From NCBI GenBank assembly GCA_032128115.1, contig JAQBHB010000060.1, positions 1-46,913 of the forward strand: a DNA stretch of 46,913 bases, written 5' to 3'. Below are positions 1 to 12,617 of the stretch, one piece after another; the stretch's first letter is position 1; each line of letters starts with the position of its first letter. Origin of the DNA: Deltaproteobacteria bacterium. Lineage in GTDB: Bacteria > Myxococcota_A > UBA9160 > SMWR01. The position numbers and the translations under genes were made by a program. The notes below the pieces were generated by a model. It was not told the origin of the DNA, did not search any database, and was given only the letters and a program-made list of their open reading frames with translations.

Positions 1-1050
1 GTCCGCTTGTTCGAGGAAGCCATCCGCGAGGTGGCAGGCGCCGACCACGCGGTAGCGCTCTCATCCTGCACCGCAGGCATGCACCTTGCGCTCCTGGCAC
101 TCGACATCGGCCCCGGCGACGAGGTGATCACCACTCCGCTCACCTTCGCTGCCACGGCCAACGCCATCCTGCACACGGGGGCGACGCCGATCTTCGCCGA
201 TGTGGATCGCGAGACCCTGAACCTGGATCCGGAGGCGGTGGAGGCCGTCATCGGTGAGAAAACCCGGGCGATCCTGCCGGTGCACTTCGCCGGCCGTCCC
301 TGTGACATGGACGCGCTGGAACGCCTCGCCAGCGCGAGCGGGCTGGTGGTGATCGAGGACGCCGCCCACGCCCTGGGCGCGAGCGTACACGGCCGGCGCG
401 TGGGCAGCCGCGCCCGCTCCGCTTGCTTCAGCTTCTACGTGACCAAGAATGCCACCACGGGCGAGGGCGGCGTGGTGTGTACGGACAGCCCCGAGCTGGC
501 CAACGAGGTCAAGGTGCAGGCCCTGCACGGCCTCAGTGCCGACGCCTGGAGCCGCTTTGGCGACAAAGGACACCGGCACTACGAGGTGGTGTCTCTCGGC
601 TTCAAGTACAACATGACGGATATCCAGGCTGCGCTGGGATTGTGTCAGATGCGCAAGTTCGACGAGGGGCAGAAACGGCGCGAAGAGATCTGGGCCCGCT
701 ACGACGAGGCCTTCGCCGGCCTGCCATGTCGCATTCCCACCCGGCCGGCTCCCGACACCGAGCACGCCCGCCACCTCTACACGCTCCTGATCGATCTGGA
801 GGAGGCGCCCGTCACTCGCGACCAGTTCATCGAGAAGCTTCACGAGCGTGGGATCGGCACTGGGGTGCACTATCGGGCGCTGCACCTGCACAGGTACTAC
901 CGCGAGCGCTACGGCTTCGAGCCCAGCGATTTTCCCCACGCCGCCTGGATCAGCGAGCGGACCGTATCGCTGCCGCTTTCTCCGAAGCTGGGCGAGCGCG
1001 AGGTCGAGCGCATCATCGGCGCAGTAGGCAACGCCCTCGGTCGAAGCTGA
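1..1050 (+). CDS. DegT/DnrJ/EryC1/StrS family PLP-dependent sugar aminotransferase (5' end probably outside the window)
   Basis: Motifs SSCTAGMH, GPGDEVIT, VIEDAAHALG, FSFYVTKN (PLP lysine), GEGG, GFKYNM. The frame is open from base 1 and lacks the usual N-terminal ~35 aa. Confidence 0.93.
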   Translation, partial: VRLFEEAIREVAGADHAVALSSCTAGMHLALLALDIGPGDEVITTPLTFAATANAILHTGATPIFADVDRETLNLDPEAVEAVIGEKTRAILPVHFAGRPCDMDALERLASASGLVVIEDAAHALGASVHGRRVGSRARSACFSFYVTKNATTGEGGVVCTDSPELANEVKVQALHGLSADAWSRFGDKGHRHYEVVSLGFKYNMTDIQAALGLCQMRKFDEGQKRREEIWARYDEAFAGLPCRIPTRPAPDTEHARHLYTLLIDLEEAPVTRDQFIEKLHERGIGTGVHYRALHLHRYYRERYGFEPSDFPHAAWISERTVSLPLSPKLGEREVERIIGAVGNALGRS

Positions 1051-1051
1051 C

Positions 1052-3058
1052 GTGTCCTTCAGCGAGCATCGACGCCGCTGGCTGTGGATCGGCGGCCTCG
1101 CACTGTTGGTCACAGCACTCAACGCGCTCAAACCCCTGTACATCGACGATCCCTATTACTGGGAGCGCGCGCGACACATCCAGGAGAACCCGCTCGATCC
1201 CAACGGCTACGTCTGGTACTGGCACCAGTGGCCGCAGCCGTCCATGGAGGACTCCACCCCGCCATTGGTCCCCTACTGGCTGGCGGGCTCGCTGGCGCTC
1301 TTCGGCGATGACCCGGCGGCGTGGAAATTCGGCCTGTTCCCGTTCGTCCTGCTCTTCTGCGCCAGCGTGTTCGCCCTGGCCCAGCGCTTCGCATCCTCCT
1401 TGGCGCTTCCACTCACGACCGGGATCGCCCTGGGCCCAGCGTTTCTGCCCGGCTGGAACGCCATGCTCGACGGCCCGACGGCGGCCCTGACCCTGGCCGC
1501 CCTGGCGGTCTTCCTGGCAGCCGCCGACACGAATTCGCGGCGCGGCGCGCTGGCCGCGGGCCTGCTGGCAGGGCTGGCCCTCCAATCCAAGTGGGTCAGC
1601 GCCATTGGACCGCCCCTGATTCTCCTCTGGGGACTGCTGATGGGGCGCCTGGGCTTGGCACTGCTCGCTGCCGCTGCCGCCGGCGCCGTCTTCGTTGGCT
1701 GGGAACTGCTCACATGGTTCCAGTACGGCGATTCGCTGTTCCTCTGGAACGTGATGGAGGCCAACCGGTGGCGCTGGGAGCTCTCGCACCTGGCCCTGGC
1801 GCTGCTGCCCCTGTTGGGGGCCCTCAACATCGGGGCGACCCTGATCGTGATCGCGGGTGTGAGCCCCGCGCGCTGGCCCGTGTGGCTGGCGATGGCGGCC
1901 ATGGCCGGCGCCTTTTCGAGCATCGCCTGGCGCCCGGTTCACGTGCCGGTGCTCATGGGAATGGGTGTGGTTCTTTTCGTGGCCACCGGCTTCGCCTGCA
2001 CACGCCTGGGGTCGGAGCGTAGGGCCGGCGATGCAGACAGCACACGCCGAGCCCGGCGCGAGGATGGATTCCTGTTGGCATGGCTGGCTCTCGAGATCGT
2101 CCAGTACCTGGCCATCTCTCCCAACGCGGCGGCCCGGCGCATGATGGGCGCCGTGTTGGTCATGACGCTCCTCACGGGCCGCTTCGCCGCGGCTCATTGC
2201 ACCTCCGCCTCGCGGCGCCGGGTTGTGTGGCAGGTCACCGGCTTCGTCGCGGCTGTGGGCGTTGGTTTCGCGCTGCTCGACCTCTACGAGGCGCGCATCA
2301 CGATGCGCGCCCCGGCTGCAGCCGCCGAACGCATTCGCGCGGTCGCGCCGGACGCGAACCTCTGGTACGTGGGCCATTGGGGATTCGGGTACTACGCGGA
2401 CCGGGCCGGCATGCGTCCCGTATTTCCGGACCACACCCGGCTGCGCGAGGGCGACTGGCTCGTGGTCCCGGACCGGATCGACAAGCAGGAGGTGGAGACC
2501 CGGGGCGTTTCGCTGCGCCGTGAGGATCACATCGTATTCGACGATGACCTGGCACTGCAGACCATGCCCAACTACTACCTGGGTTCGTCTCCCCTGGAAC
2601 ACCGCTCCCGACCGCGCCTGGTCGTGCACCTGTATCGCGTCATTGCCGACACGGTGCTCCCCACATCCTGGGATTCCGATCACCTGGCGGGCTGGGTGCG
2701 ACCGCGTTCTACATGGGCGTCCATACCCTGGGCCGTCCCGGCGCTCGAGAGCCGCCTGAAGAATCGGGACGCGCGCGAGCGGCGCCTGATGGCAACGGTC
2801 CTGGGCGAGCTGGGAGCCTACGCGGCCGAGGCGGTGCCAGCGCTGGAGAAGGGCCTGGGCGATCGAGAGGGAAGCGTGCGCACCGCCGCCGCCCGCGCCC
2901 TGGGGCAGATCGGTGCGCCGGCGGAAGCCGCGCGTCCGGCTCTCGAGACGCTACAGGACGACGATTTCCAGAGCGCGCGCAAAGCGGCGCGCGAAGCGAT
3001 CCAGGCCATCGACGCGGCGCTCGCGGCGCGGAGCCCGACTCTCGAGTCAGACTCCTAG
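1052..3058 (+). CDS. ArnT/PMT-like (GT-C) membrane glycosyltransferase with C-terminal HEAT repeats
   Basis: First TM helix followed by YIDDPYY acidic loop, PPL motif, about 10 TM segments, GLALQSK motif. C-terminus has HEAT-type repeats (AVPALEKGLGD..VRTAAARALGQIG). GTG start lies 2 nt after the upstream stop. Confidence 0.8.
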   Translation: MSFSEHRRRWLWIGGLALLVTALNALKPLYIDDPYYWERARHIQENPLDPNGYVWYWHQWPQPSMEDSTPPLVPYWLAGSLALFGDDPAAWKFGLFPFVLLFCASVFALAQRFASSLALPLTTGIALGPAFLPGWNAMLDGPTAALTLAALAVFLAAADTNSRRGALAAGLLAGLALQSKWVSAIGPPLILLWGLLMGRLGLALLAAAAAGAVFVGWELLTWFQYGDSLFLWNVMEANRWRWELSHLALALLPLLGALNIGATLIVIAGVSPARWPVWLAMAAMAGAFSSIAWRPVHVPVLMGMGVVLFVATGFACTRLGSERRAGDADSTRRARREDGFLLAWLALEIVQYLAISPNAAARRMMGAVLVMTLLTGRFAAAHCTSASRRRVVWQVTGFVAAVGVGFALLDLYEARITMRAPAAAAERIRAVAPDANLWYVGHWGFGYYADRAGMRPVFPDHTRLREGDWLVVPDRIDKQEVETRGVSLRREDHIVFDDDLALQTMPNYYLGSSPLEHRSRPRLVVHLYRVIADTVLPTSWDSDHLAGWVRPRSTWASIPWAVPALESRLKNRDARERRLMATVLGELGAYAAEAVPALEKGLGDREGSVRTAAARALGQIGAPAEAARPALETLQDDDFQSARKAAREAIQAIDAALAARSPTLESDS

Positions 3059-4038
3059 GCGTCGCCGGGACGTCGGGAGCGGGGATCGAAGTCCCCGAGC
3101 CGATCGCGGGGCTCGCGGGGCGGCCGCATGACCTGGCGGATCGAGTACTGGGGGTGGCGACTCACCGTCATGTACATGCGCCCGATGTACTCACCCAGGG
3201 CGCCGATTCCGATCAGCTGGATTCCGCTCAGGAAGAGTACGGTCACGATCAGGGTCGCCCAGCCTGGAATGTCGTAGTCCGAGACGATCCGTTCCAGCAT
3301 GAAATAGCCGCCCATGACCATCGCCACGATCGCGATGATCGCCCCGGTGAGCGAGGCGAGGCGAAGCGGGATCACCGAAAAGTTGGTGGCCAGCTTGAGA
3401 CCCACGCCCAGGGACCGCAGCAGATCGTAGCTGCCCGTGCCCGCATAGCGCGGATGGTGGGTGGCCGGAATCTGGCAGAAGTTGGACGTGAGGCTGAGGA
3501 TGATGCCGTCCACATAGCTGAAGGGTCCGTCGTACCAGAGGATCTCTTCCACCACCTCGCGGCGGATCGCCTTGTAGGGCGACATGTAGAGCCCCTTGGG
3601 CTTGTCCAGGAGCCAGACGGCCACCCGATCCGCGAACTTGCTGCCCACGTTCTTCCAGACGGCCTGCTGCTTTTCCTCGAAGTTCGCCCAGACCACGTCG
3701 TAGCCCTCACGAATGGTCTCGTAGAGTCGCGGGATGTCGATCGGGTCGTGCTGCAGGTCGTCGTCCATCACGATCACTACGTCGCCCCGGGCCGCAGACA
3801 GGCCGGCCATGATGGCGTTGTCCTGCCCCACGTTCTTGCGCAGGTTCATGCCCACCACGAAGTCGAGCTTGTGAACGATCTCGGCGATCGCCTTCCAGCT
3901 CTCGTCCAGGCTGGCGTCATTGACCAGGATGAGTTCGTAGCTCTCGAAGCGACTTCCGACTTCGACCTGCACCCTGCGTGCGAGCTCGTGAAGGCAGTCT
4001 GCACTGCTGTAGACGGGTACGACGACGGAAAGCTGCAT
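3055..4038 (-). CDS. GT2 polyprenyl-phosphate glycosyltransferase (ArnC/GtrB/DPM synthase-like)
   Basis: Start trimmed to MQLSVVVPVY. Motifs ILVNDAS, NVGQDNA, VMDDDLQHDP; two C-terminal TM helices ending IGALGEYIGR. Confidence 0.9.
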   Translation of the reverse strand: MQLSVVVPVYSSADCLHELARRVQVEVGSRFESYELILVNDASLDESWKAIAEIVHKLDFVVGMNLRKNVGQDNAIMAGLSAARGDVVIVMDDDLQHDPIDIPRLYETIREGYDVVWANFEEKQQAVWKNVGSKFADRVAVWLLDKPKGLYMSPYKAIRREVVEEILWYDGPFSYVDGIILSLTSNFCQIPATHHPRYAGTGSYDLLRSLGVGLKLATNFSVIPLRLASLTGAIIAIVAMVMGGYFMLERIVSDYDIPGWATLIVTVLFLSGIQLIGIGALGEYIGRMYMTVSRHPQYSIRQVMRPPREPRDRLGDFDPRSRRPGDA

Positions 4039-4128
4039 GGACCACTCTACCTCGACGACCCTGTAGTATATCATCCGGGCGTTGGAATCGGGCCGCGGCG
4101 CGGGACCGGCAGCGCCGGTCGAGACCGC

Positions 4129-4157
4129 GATCATGGAAATCCGAGATCATGGAAATC
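4129..4157. repeat. Tandem duplication of GATCATGGAAATC (period 16) including the start codon of the downstream GT2
   Basis: Copies at 4129-4141 and 4145-4157, read directly from the sequence. Confidence 0.85.
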
Positions 4158-5144
4158 ATCACCGCCGTCATCCCCCACTACGACGATCTGGACTGCCTGC
4201 GCACGCTTCTGCGCTCTCTAGATCAGGAGATCGCAGCGGCGCCGGGAACCCCCACCCGCGCCCTCGTGGTAGACGACGCCACCCCGGAAGCCAACGACGA
4301 GCTGCAGCGCCTGGAGTCCCGGTACGCCTGGCTCCACGTCGTTCACAGCGCCACAAACCAGGGGCCCGCCACCGCGCGCAACCAGGGCGCCCAGCGTGCG
4401 AAATCGGAGTGGATCTGGTTCCTGGATTCGGACGTCTGCCTGGAACCCGGTGCCCTGGCGGGACTCCAGCAGCTGCTGGCCGAACTGGGGAGCGGCTGGG
4501 GAGTCGTGGCGGGCGTGGGCCTCGAGACTCGCACCCGGGAGAGCTTCCAGCGCTACAAGAACTACCTCGAATACTGCTGGCAGCCGCCGGAAGGGCCCAC
4601 GGGCACGCTGGACTCCAAGTGCTTCGTCGTCCGGCGCGAGGACTTCCTGGGGGTGGGAGGCTTCGACGCCCGCTTCGGGAGCCCCACTGTGGAAGACTAC
4701 GACCTGGGTTTCCGCATGGCCCAGGCGGGGCTGCGCCTCCGTTACACTCACTGCGTGAAGATCCAGCATCACCACCCCTCGTTCGCACGGCAGTGGCGGG
4801 ACTTCTACCGGAGAACCCAGGGCTGGGTCGCCCTCAAAGCTCGCTATGGGTTCTCGTTCGACGACAACGGCACCTCGCTGCGCGAGGCGATGCTCCAGGC
4901 GTTGCACCTATCGGTGCTGGCGAGCTTCGTCACAGGCTTGCTGGTGCCAACGCTCCTACCCCTATGCGGAATGCTCTCGATCGCCGCCCTCGCGCTCAAT
5001 CGAAAAATGAACCTCACGCTGCTTCGCAACGGCGAGAACACCGCATTCCTGCTGCGCTGTTTCGGATACTCGTGCGCCCTGAGTCTCCCCATCGCGGCCG
5101 GCGTCGCCGTAGGAAGCCTGCGAGCCTGGACGGGGCGCGACTAG
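4149..5144 (+). CDS. GT2 family glycosyltransferase with C-terminal TM helices
   Basis: Start MEIITAVIPHY. Motifs LVVDDA, NQGPATARNQGA, FLDSD, GGFD, EDYDLG; hydrophobic C-terminus. Confidence 0.88.
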   Translation: MEIITAVIPHYDDLDCLRTLLRSLDQEIAAAPGTPTRALVVDDATPEANDELQRLESRYAWLHVVHSATNQGPATARNQGAQRAKSEWIWFLDSDVCLEPGALAGLQQLLAELGSGWGVVAGVGLETRTRESFQRYKNYLEYCWQPPEGPTGTLDSKCFVVRREDFLGVGGFDARFGSPTVEDYDLGFRMAQAGLRLRYTHCVKIQHHHPSFARQWRDFYRRTQGWVALKARYGFSFDDNGTSLREAMLQALHLSVLASFVTGLLVPTLLPLCGMLSIAALALNRKMNLTLLRNGENTAFLLRCFGYSCALSLPIAAGVAVGSLRAWTGRD

Positions 5145-5145
5145 C

Positions 5146-6279
5146 ATGCGACTCGGAGCCGTCCCCGCCTACGTGAACAGCTACCTGAGCCGCGGCCCCA
5201 GTTACGTGATTCTATACGTCACGAGCCGCTGCAACCAGAAGTGCGTCTTCTGCTTCTACGCCGACTCGCTGAACAAGCCCTGGGGTGATGGGTTGACACT
5301 GGACGAGATCACGAAGATCGCGCGATCCCTCAAACACTGCATCCACATGACGCTCACCGGCGGCGAACCCTTCGTTCGCCGCGACCTGCTGGACGTGATT
5401 CGGACGCTCATCGAGCATGGCGGCGTCCGGAACTTCACGATCCCCAGCAACGGCAGCATGCCGGATCGGGTCACCGCCGGAATGCACGAAATCTGCGCCG
5501 AATACCCGCGGGTCGAGTTCCGGATCGCGCTTTCGATCGACGCCCTGGGCGAGAAGCACGACGAGATCCGGGTGTATCCCAATGCCTTCAAAAAGGCCGA
5601 ACGCACCTTCCACGCTGTGAAGACGCTTCAGACGGAACATCCCAACCTGCACCTGATCGTCACCACGGTTGCGTCGAAGTACAACAAGGAGCATCTGAAG
5701 GAGTTCCTGGATTACTCGGCGGAGAACCTGCAGTGCGACGACCACACGGTGATGCTGGCCCGGGGCAACCCCAAGGAGCCCGACGCCAAGGATGTGTCGC
5801 CAGAGGAATACAACGGATTCGTCCAGTATCTGGCCGAGAAGCAACAGCGTCGCACCAGCAACCGCCGCCTCCACAAAGGGATCCTCCATTTCGTGGAGAA
5901 GGAGACCCGCTACCTGGTCAATCGCACCGTCCGTGAGGATCGCTACCAGATCCCGTGCGTGGCGGGCGACAAATTCCTCGTGATCTACGACACGGGCGAC
6001 GTCTACCCGTGCGAGATCCTGGAGACCATGGAGAAGCCCCCGGAGGTGCTGGAGCGTTTCGGCGGCAACTTCCGGATCGGAAACGTCCGGGACCACGACT
6101 ACGACGTGATGAGCATGCTCCGCTCGGACCGGGGCCGCGACCTGGTTCGCTTCATCCTCGACTCGAAGTGCTACTGCACCTTCGAGTGCGCCATCGCCGC
6201 CAGTATCGTGTTCAATCCCCGCACGCTGGTCCGAACGGCCCTGTCACCCCCTTCCCGGTCCGGGTCCGGGTCACCCTGA
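5146..6279 (+). CDS. Radical SAM enzyme with SPASM/twitch-like C-terminal domain
   Basis: CNQKCVFC (CxxxCxxC), TGGEPF, SIDALG..HD..R, CVAG...GDVYPCE, terminal CYCTFEC. Confidence 0.92.
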   Translation: MRLGAVPAYVNSYLSRGPSYVILYVTSRCNQKCVFCFYADSLNKPWGDGLTLDEITKIARSLKHCIHMTLTGGEPFVRRDLLDVIRTLIEHGGVRNFTIPSNGSMPDRVTAGMHEICAEYPRVEFRIALSIDALGEKHDEIRVYPNAFKKAERTFHAVKTLQTEHPNLHLIVTTVASKYNKEHLKEFLDYSAENLQCDDHTVMLARGNPKEPDAKDVSPEEYNGFVQYLAEKQQRRTSNRRLHKGILHFVEKETRYLVNRTVREDRYQIPCVAGDKFLVIYDTGDVYPCEILETMEKPPEVLERFGGNFRIGNVRDHDYDVMSMLRSDRGRDLVRFILDSKCYCTFECAIAASIVFNPRTLVRTALSPPSRSGSGSP

Positions 6280-6296
6280 CGTGAGCGCGCGGTTCC

Positions 6297-6914
6297 ATGC
6301 AGCGCAGCCTGATCTACTCCCACATCGCGCTCTACCGCGGGGCCATGAACCTGCTGTACGCGGGGGGCTACCGGGCCCGATTCCGGCGTCTGGTGGAGGT
6401 CCTGGGGCCCGACGTGACCTCCGTGTGCGAGCCCTGCTTCGGCGACACCTGGATCGCCGAGTGGTGCCGAACCCGGGACATCCGTTGGACGGGCATCGAC
6501 CTGAACCCGGGTTTCTGCCGGCGTGCCCGGCGGCTGGGCTTCGAGGCCATCGAATCCGACCTGCTGGAGTCGCCCCTGCCCCGGGCCGACGCCTACGTGA
6601 TGGCCGGGTCGCTCTACCACTTCCACGAGCGGGCGCCGGAAGTGCTGCTGCGAATTTTTGCGCACACGAACCGCTTCGTCCTGTCGGAACCGATCCGCAA
6701 TCTCTCCGCCGGCAGCGGTCCGCTGGGTTGTCTCGCCCGTCGCGCCACCAACCCGGGTTCCGGTCCGGCAGCGTTCCGCTACGACGAGCCCCGCCTGCTC
6801 GCGATGCTCGAGGCCCAGCGCGCCCACGGCATCGGCCACCGGGTGGTGGCGCGCGACCGCGATCTGCTGCTGGAGATTTCGCGCGTGGCTCCCGCCGCTG
6901 GCTCACGGCCGTAG
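6297..6914 (+). CDS. Class I SAM-dependent methyltransferase-like protein
   Basis: Degenerate motif I (VCEPCFGD), motif II (WTGIDLNP), GSLYHF; last gene of the operon. Confidence 0.7.
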   Translation: MQRSLIYSHIALYRGAMNLLYAGGYRARFRRLVEVLGPDVTSVCEPCFGDTWIAEWCRTRDIRWTGIDLNPGFCRRARRLGFEAIESDLLESPLPRADAYVMAGSLYHFHERAPEVLLRIFAHTNRFVLSEPIRNLSAGSGPLGCLARRATNPGSGPAAFRYDEPRLLAMLEAQRAHGIGHRVVARDRDLLLEISRVAPAAGSRP

Positions 6915-8162
6915 TCCCACCAGCTCCGGGGCGAGCGCCTCGGCCAGCTTGTCGTGGCCGATGGGGCTCAGGTGCACCGGGTCGACGAAGAAGCGCGCGC
7001 CATCGCCTCCACCACCGACCCGGGCCAGACGCTCGGACGCGTCCACCACCGCAACGCCGCCCGCGGCCAGGCGCTCGACCGCCTGGCGGCGGAACTCGCG
7101 ATACAGATCCGGAAAGTGGATCCAGTAGCCATCGCCCGGGATCAGGTGTCTGCGCCCGCTCTGGCGCAGGTAGCCCGCGAGGGCCGTGCCCATCACCTGG
7201 GCCATCTCCGGCTGCACCACCACCAGCAGCCGCGCCCCGCGCGAGCGCGCCACGTCCCGCAGAGTGGTCATGTTGTCGACGTACTGCTCCACCAGCGCGC
7301 TTCGCCACGACTCGTCGAACGGCAGGATGCTGGAAGACGCCGACTCGCCTCGCGTCCAGCCCGTCAGGATCGACAGGATGCGGCTGCGACGGTGGATTGT
7401 CTGCAGAGCCTGGGCCAGGGCCGGCCCCGCGTCACTCTGCACCCGGCGATAAGCCGCCAGGCGGTTTTCCAGGATCCGGAAGTTCGAGTTGCTGGCACTC
7501 GGGGCGCCGCGGTCTCCGCTCACCACCGACCACCAGTAGTTGTCGTATACGTCGTTCCAGCCATTCACGGCCACGATCAGATCCGGCTGGAGGGCCAGCA
7601 GCCGGTGCACGCTGAGCGACAGCTCCTGTCCCGACAGATACCCCACCACCCCGGCGTTGAGGATCTCGAGCTGCGGCAGCTGGCGTCCCAGCCGCGCCTG
7701 GAAGGTCGCCTCCTCGGAAACCCGGAGGCCGAAGGCCGCCGAACCTCCCACCACCACCACCCGGGGCCTGGCCGGCGGGCTCTCGGGTTCCGGCCCGCGC
7801 AGGCCTGCGGAATTGATCCGATAGGCCACGCGAACCCCGTGGCTCTTCTTGGTTGCGACCTGGTTCGGGCGGTTCTCGTAGAAGCCGAAGGGCGTGAGCG
7901 CGAGTTCGACGCCGCTGGCGAGACCCCCCACGGGCCGCCCGTCCCGGGTGACCAGGCGCATGTCGAAGGTTCCGGTGACGGCGTCTTCGCCCGTCGCCGC
8001 CGGGTCGCCAGACGTCAGCAGGTCCACCGCGAACACCGCCCCGAGCAGCGCAAGCGCCAGCATCACGATGCCGAGCCGGGCGAAGATCCGCTCGACGCGC
8101 TCGGTTGCGCGGGCTTCCGGATCCGGCGCCAAGGGGCTAGCGGCCCTCGCCCTGAGAGGCAT
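6903..8162 (-). CDS. Membrane-anchored SGNH/GDSL hydrolase or O-acyltransferase-like protein
   Basis: N-terminal TM helix, INSAGLRG, VVGGSAAFG (block I), LNAGVVGY (block II), GWND (block III), DPVH (block V). Start uncertain. Confidence 0.82.
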   Translation of the reverse strand: MPLRARAASPLAPDPEARATERVERIFARLGIVMLALALLGAVFAVDLLTSGDPAATGEDAVTGTFDMRLVTRDGRPVGGLASGVELALTPFGFYENRPNQVATKKSHGVRVAYRINSAGLRGPEPESPPARPRVVVVGGSAAFGLRVSEEATFQARLGRQLPQLEILNAGVVGYLSGQELSLSVHRLLALQPDLIVAVNGWNDVYDNYWWSVVSGDRGAPSASNSNFRILENRLAAYRRVQSDAGPALAQALQTIHRRSRILSILTGWTRGESASSSILPFDESWRSALVEQYVDNMTTLRDVARSRGARLLVVVQPEMAQVMGTALAGYLRQSGRRHLIPGDGYWIHFPDLYREFRRQAVERLAAGGVAVVDASERLARVGGGGDGARFFVDPVHLSPIGHDKLAEALAPELVGLRP

Positions 8163-9917
8163 TGCGGCTCTCGATCTCGCCCAGGAATTCGGCGCGCATG
8201 GGATCGAGCGCCTCGAGCACGTCGCGCTGGGCCCGGGCCTCGTCCAGGTCGCCCTGCTCCAGATACAGGCGACCCAGCTGGAAGTGGGCGTCCGGCAGGT
8301 AGGCGTCGGCGTGAAGCGCAACGATCAGCCGGTACAGGCGGATCGACTGGCGGCGCTGAGCCGGGTCTTCGCTGGCGGACAGGCGCGAAGCAGCGCGGTG
8401 GAGCCCGGCCGCGTCCTCCACCAGCGCGCCCGGCACCTGCAGCCGCAGCCCAGCGCGGAACGCCACCGCCAGGTACGGGAGCGCCTCGTCCGGCCGCTGC
8501 GTATCGTCGAGGATCTGGGCCATGTTGAGGTAGGGCAATGGGTAGTCCGGATTGGCCTCGATCGCCTTCCGGAAGGCGCGCTCGGCGTCGGCGTGACGGC
8601 CCAGCGTCCGAAACGCCACGCCCAGGTTGTTGTGGGCCAGGTAGTTGCTGTCGTCGAGACTCACCGCGTGCTCGAACAGGGTCACGGAGTTCCGCCAGTG
8701 GGCCGTCTGCCGGGCCGACGTGAGGGCCAGCGCCAAAAGCATCGCGCCCGCCAGTGCGGCGCGCGCCCGGCTTCGAAGGCCCGCGCGATCCAGGACCTCC
8801 GCGCCCCCCCAGCCGACGATCCACAGCAGCCCGATGTGGGGGATGCTGGTGAAGCGGTCGGCCATGGCCTGGCTGCCGGTTTGCACCACCCCACTCACCG
8901 GGAAGAGCGTGCCCAGGAACCACAGCCAGCCCACGATCAGCCAGGGCCGCGTGCGGCGTTGCCAGACCGCGAGCGCGCTGGTCGCGGCCAGGAGCGCGGT
9001 GGCGCCCGCCACCTTCCAGACGGCGATTCCATTGCCCGGGTGAGGGTAGTAGGCCGACAGGTGGATCGGCACCACCAGCATGCGCAGGTACTCCGCGTAG
9101 GCGACCAGGGCGTTCGCGACACGCACCTCCCACGGAAAGGCATCCAGGGATTTGATCGCCGTTCCCAGCTGCTGTTTTGCGTAGAGCGTGAGTCCCGCCA
9201 CCATCAGCGCAATCGCCAGGAGCGGCAGCTTCTCCAGGACCAGGCGTCGCCACCTGCGGTGGGGATCGCCGGGTGCGAATCGCTGCAGCGGCCAATGGTC
9301 GAGCAGCAGCAACGCGACGGGAAGCGTCACCAGCATGGGCTTCGACATCAGACCCAGGGCCAGAAGCAACGCCACCAGCGCATAGCGCGCTACCCCCGGG
9401 CTCCGCACGAAGTGCCCCCACGCCAGCAACGAAGCCAACCAGAAGCCGGTGCTGAGTACGTCCTTGCGCTCGGCCACCCACGCCACCGACTCCACCCGCA
9501 GCGGGTGCAACGCAAAGGCCGCAGCGATGAAGGCGTTTACCCAGAAGGCGCGCGTCGGGTCCAGGCGGAACGACAGGGCCTGGAGCGCCCAGAACAACAG
9601 GACCGCATTCAGCATGTGGCCCACCACACTGGCCACGTGGTGGGCGCCGCCTGCCAGCCCGAACAGCTCCACGTCGAGCATGTGCGAAAGCCAGGTGACG
9701 GGCATCCAGTAGCCCACCTGCGCAAGATCCGTGAAGGCCCACACGAGGGAGTCGCCGGTGAGCCCCTGCTGGACGACGGCGTTCTTCGTCACGTACTTGT
9801 CGTCGTCCAGATTGACGAAGTCGAAGCCGAAGGTCTGGGCGTAGACGGCGAAGACCGCCGCGGCAAGGGCGGCGGCAACCGCCAGGCCGACTCGGGGGCT
9901 CGGGTCCCGGATGGCGG

Positions 9918-9921
<4 letters not shown>
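8137..9921 (-). CDS. TMTC-like membrane glycosyltransferase with C-terminal TPR repeats; start is non-canonical or uncertain
   Basis: FVNLDDDKYV, YWMPVTWLSH, FALHPLRVESVAW, LMSKP, ADRF, WRNS..LF, then TPR helices. The first TM helix and the DD motif lie upstream of the first GTG (9792), in an open frame reaching the clpA stop. Confidence 0.8.
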
Positions 9922-12172
<2,251 letters not shown>

Positions 12173-12176
<4 letters not shown>

Positions 12177-12565
12177 TCCTTCTCCACCCCGCCGCGCAGG
12201 GGGAAACCCCGCTGCTCCGCCAACCGGTGCACCGTAGCGACCTTGGTCTCTGCCACCTCCAGAACGTACACGCCGGCCACGCCCAGTCCCGACTTGTGGA
12301 TCTGGAGCATGATCTGGGTGGCCGCCGAGGGCCCCTTCCCGAACACGTTCTCCAGCACCGCCACCACGAACTCCATGGGAGTGTAATCGTCGTTGAACAG
12401 CAGCACCTTGAAGCGCTGCGGCCGCGCGACCCGCCTGCGGGTCTCGGTGGCGACGGCCCCTTCCCGGCGGGGATCCAGATCGCCCGGGTCCCGGCCGTCT
12501 CCGCCGCCCCCACCGCCCTTACCGCCGTCATCGCCGTCGCCCGGTCCTCCGGGCTGCTGCGCCAT
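12173..12565 (-). CDS. clpS: ATP-dependent Clp protease adaptor ClpS, with Gly/Asp-rich N-terminal extension
   Basis: KVLLFNDDYTPMEFVV, IMLQIH, VAETKV, GFPL; directly upstream of clpA. Confidence 0.97.
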
Positions 12566-12617
12566 CCGGGCGAGGATAGCAGGGACCCCCGGGGCAACCC
12601 GCTAGACTGGTCGCGCC

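Noticed and set aside
5146..6279. Radical SAM/SPASM gene as a RiPP maturase
   Set aside because: No precursor peptide, PqqD/RRE domain or peptide transporter nearby; the context is glycosyltransferases.
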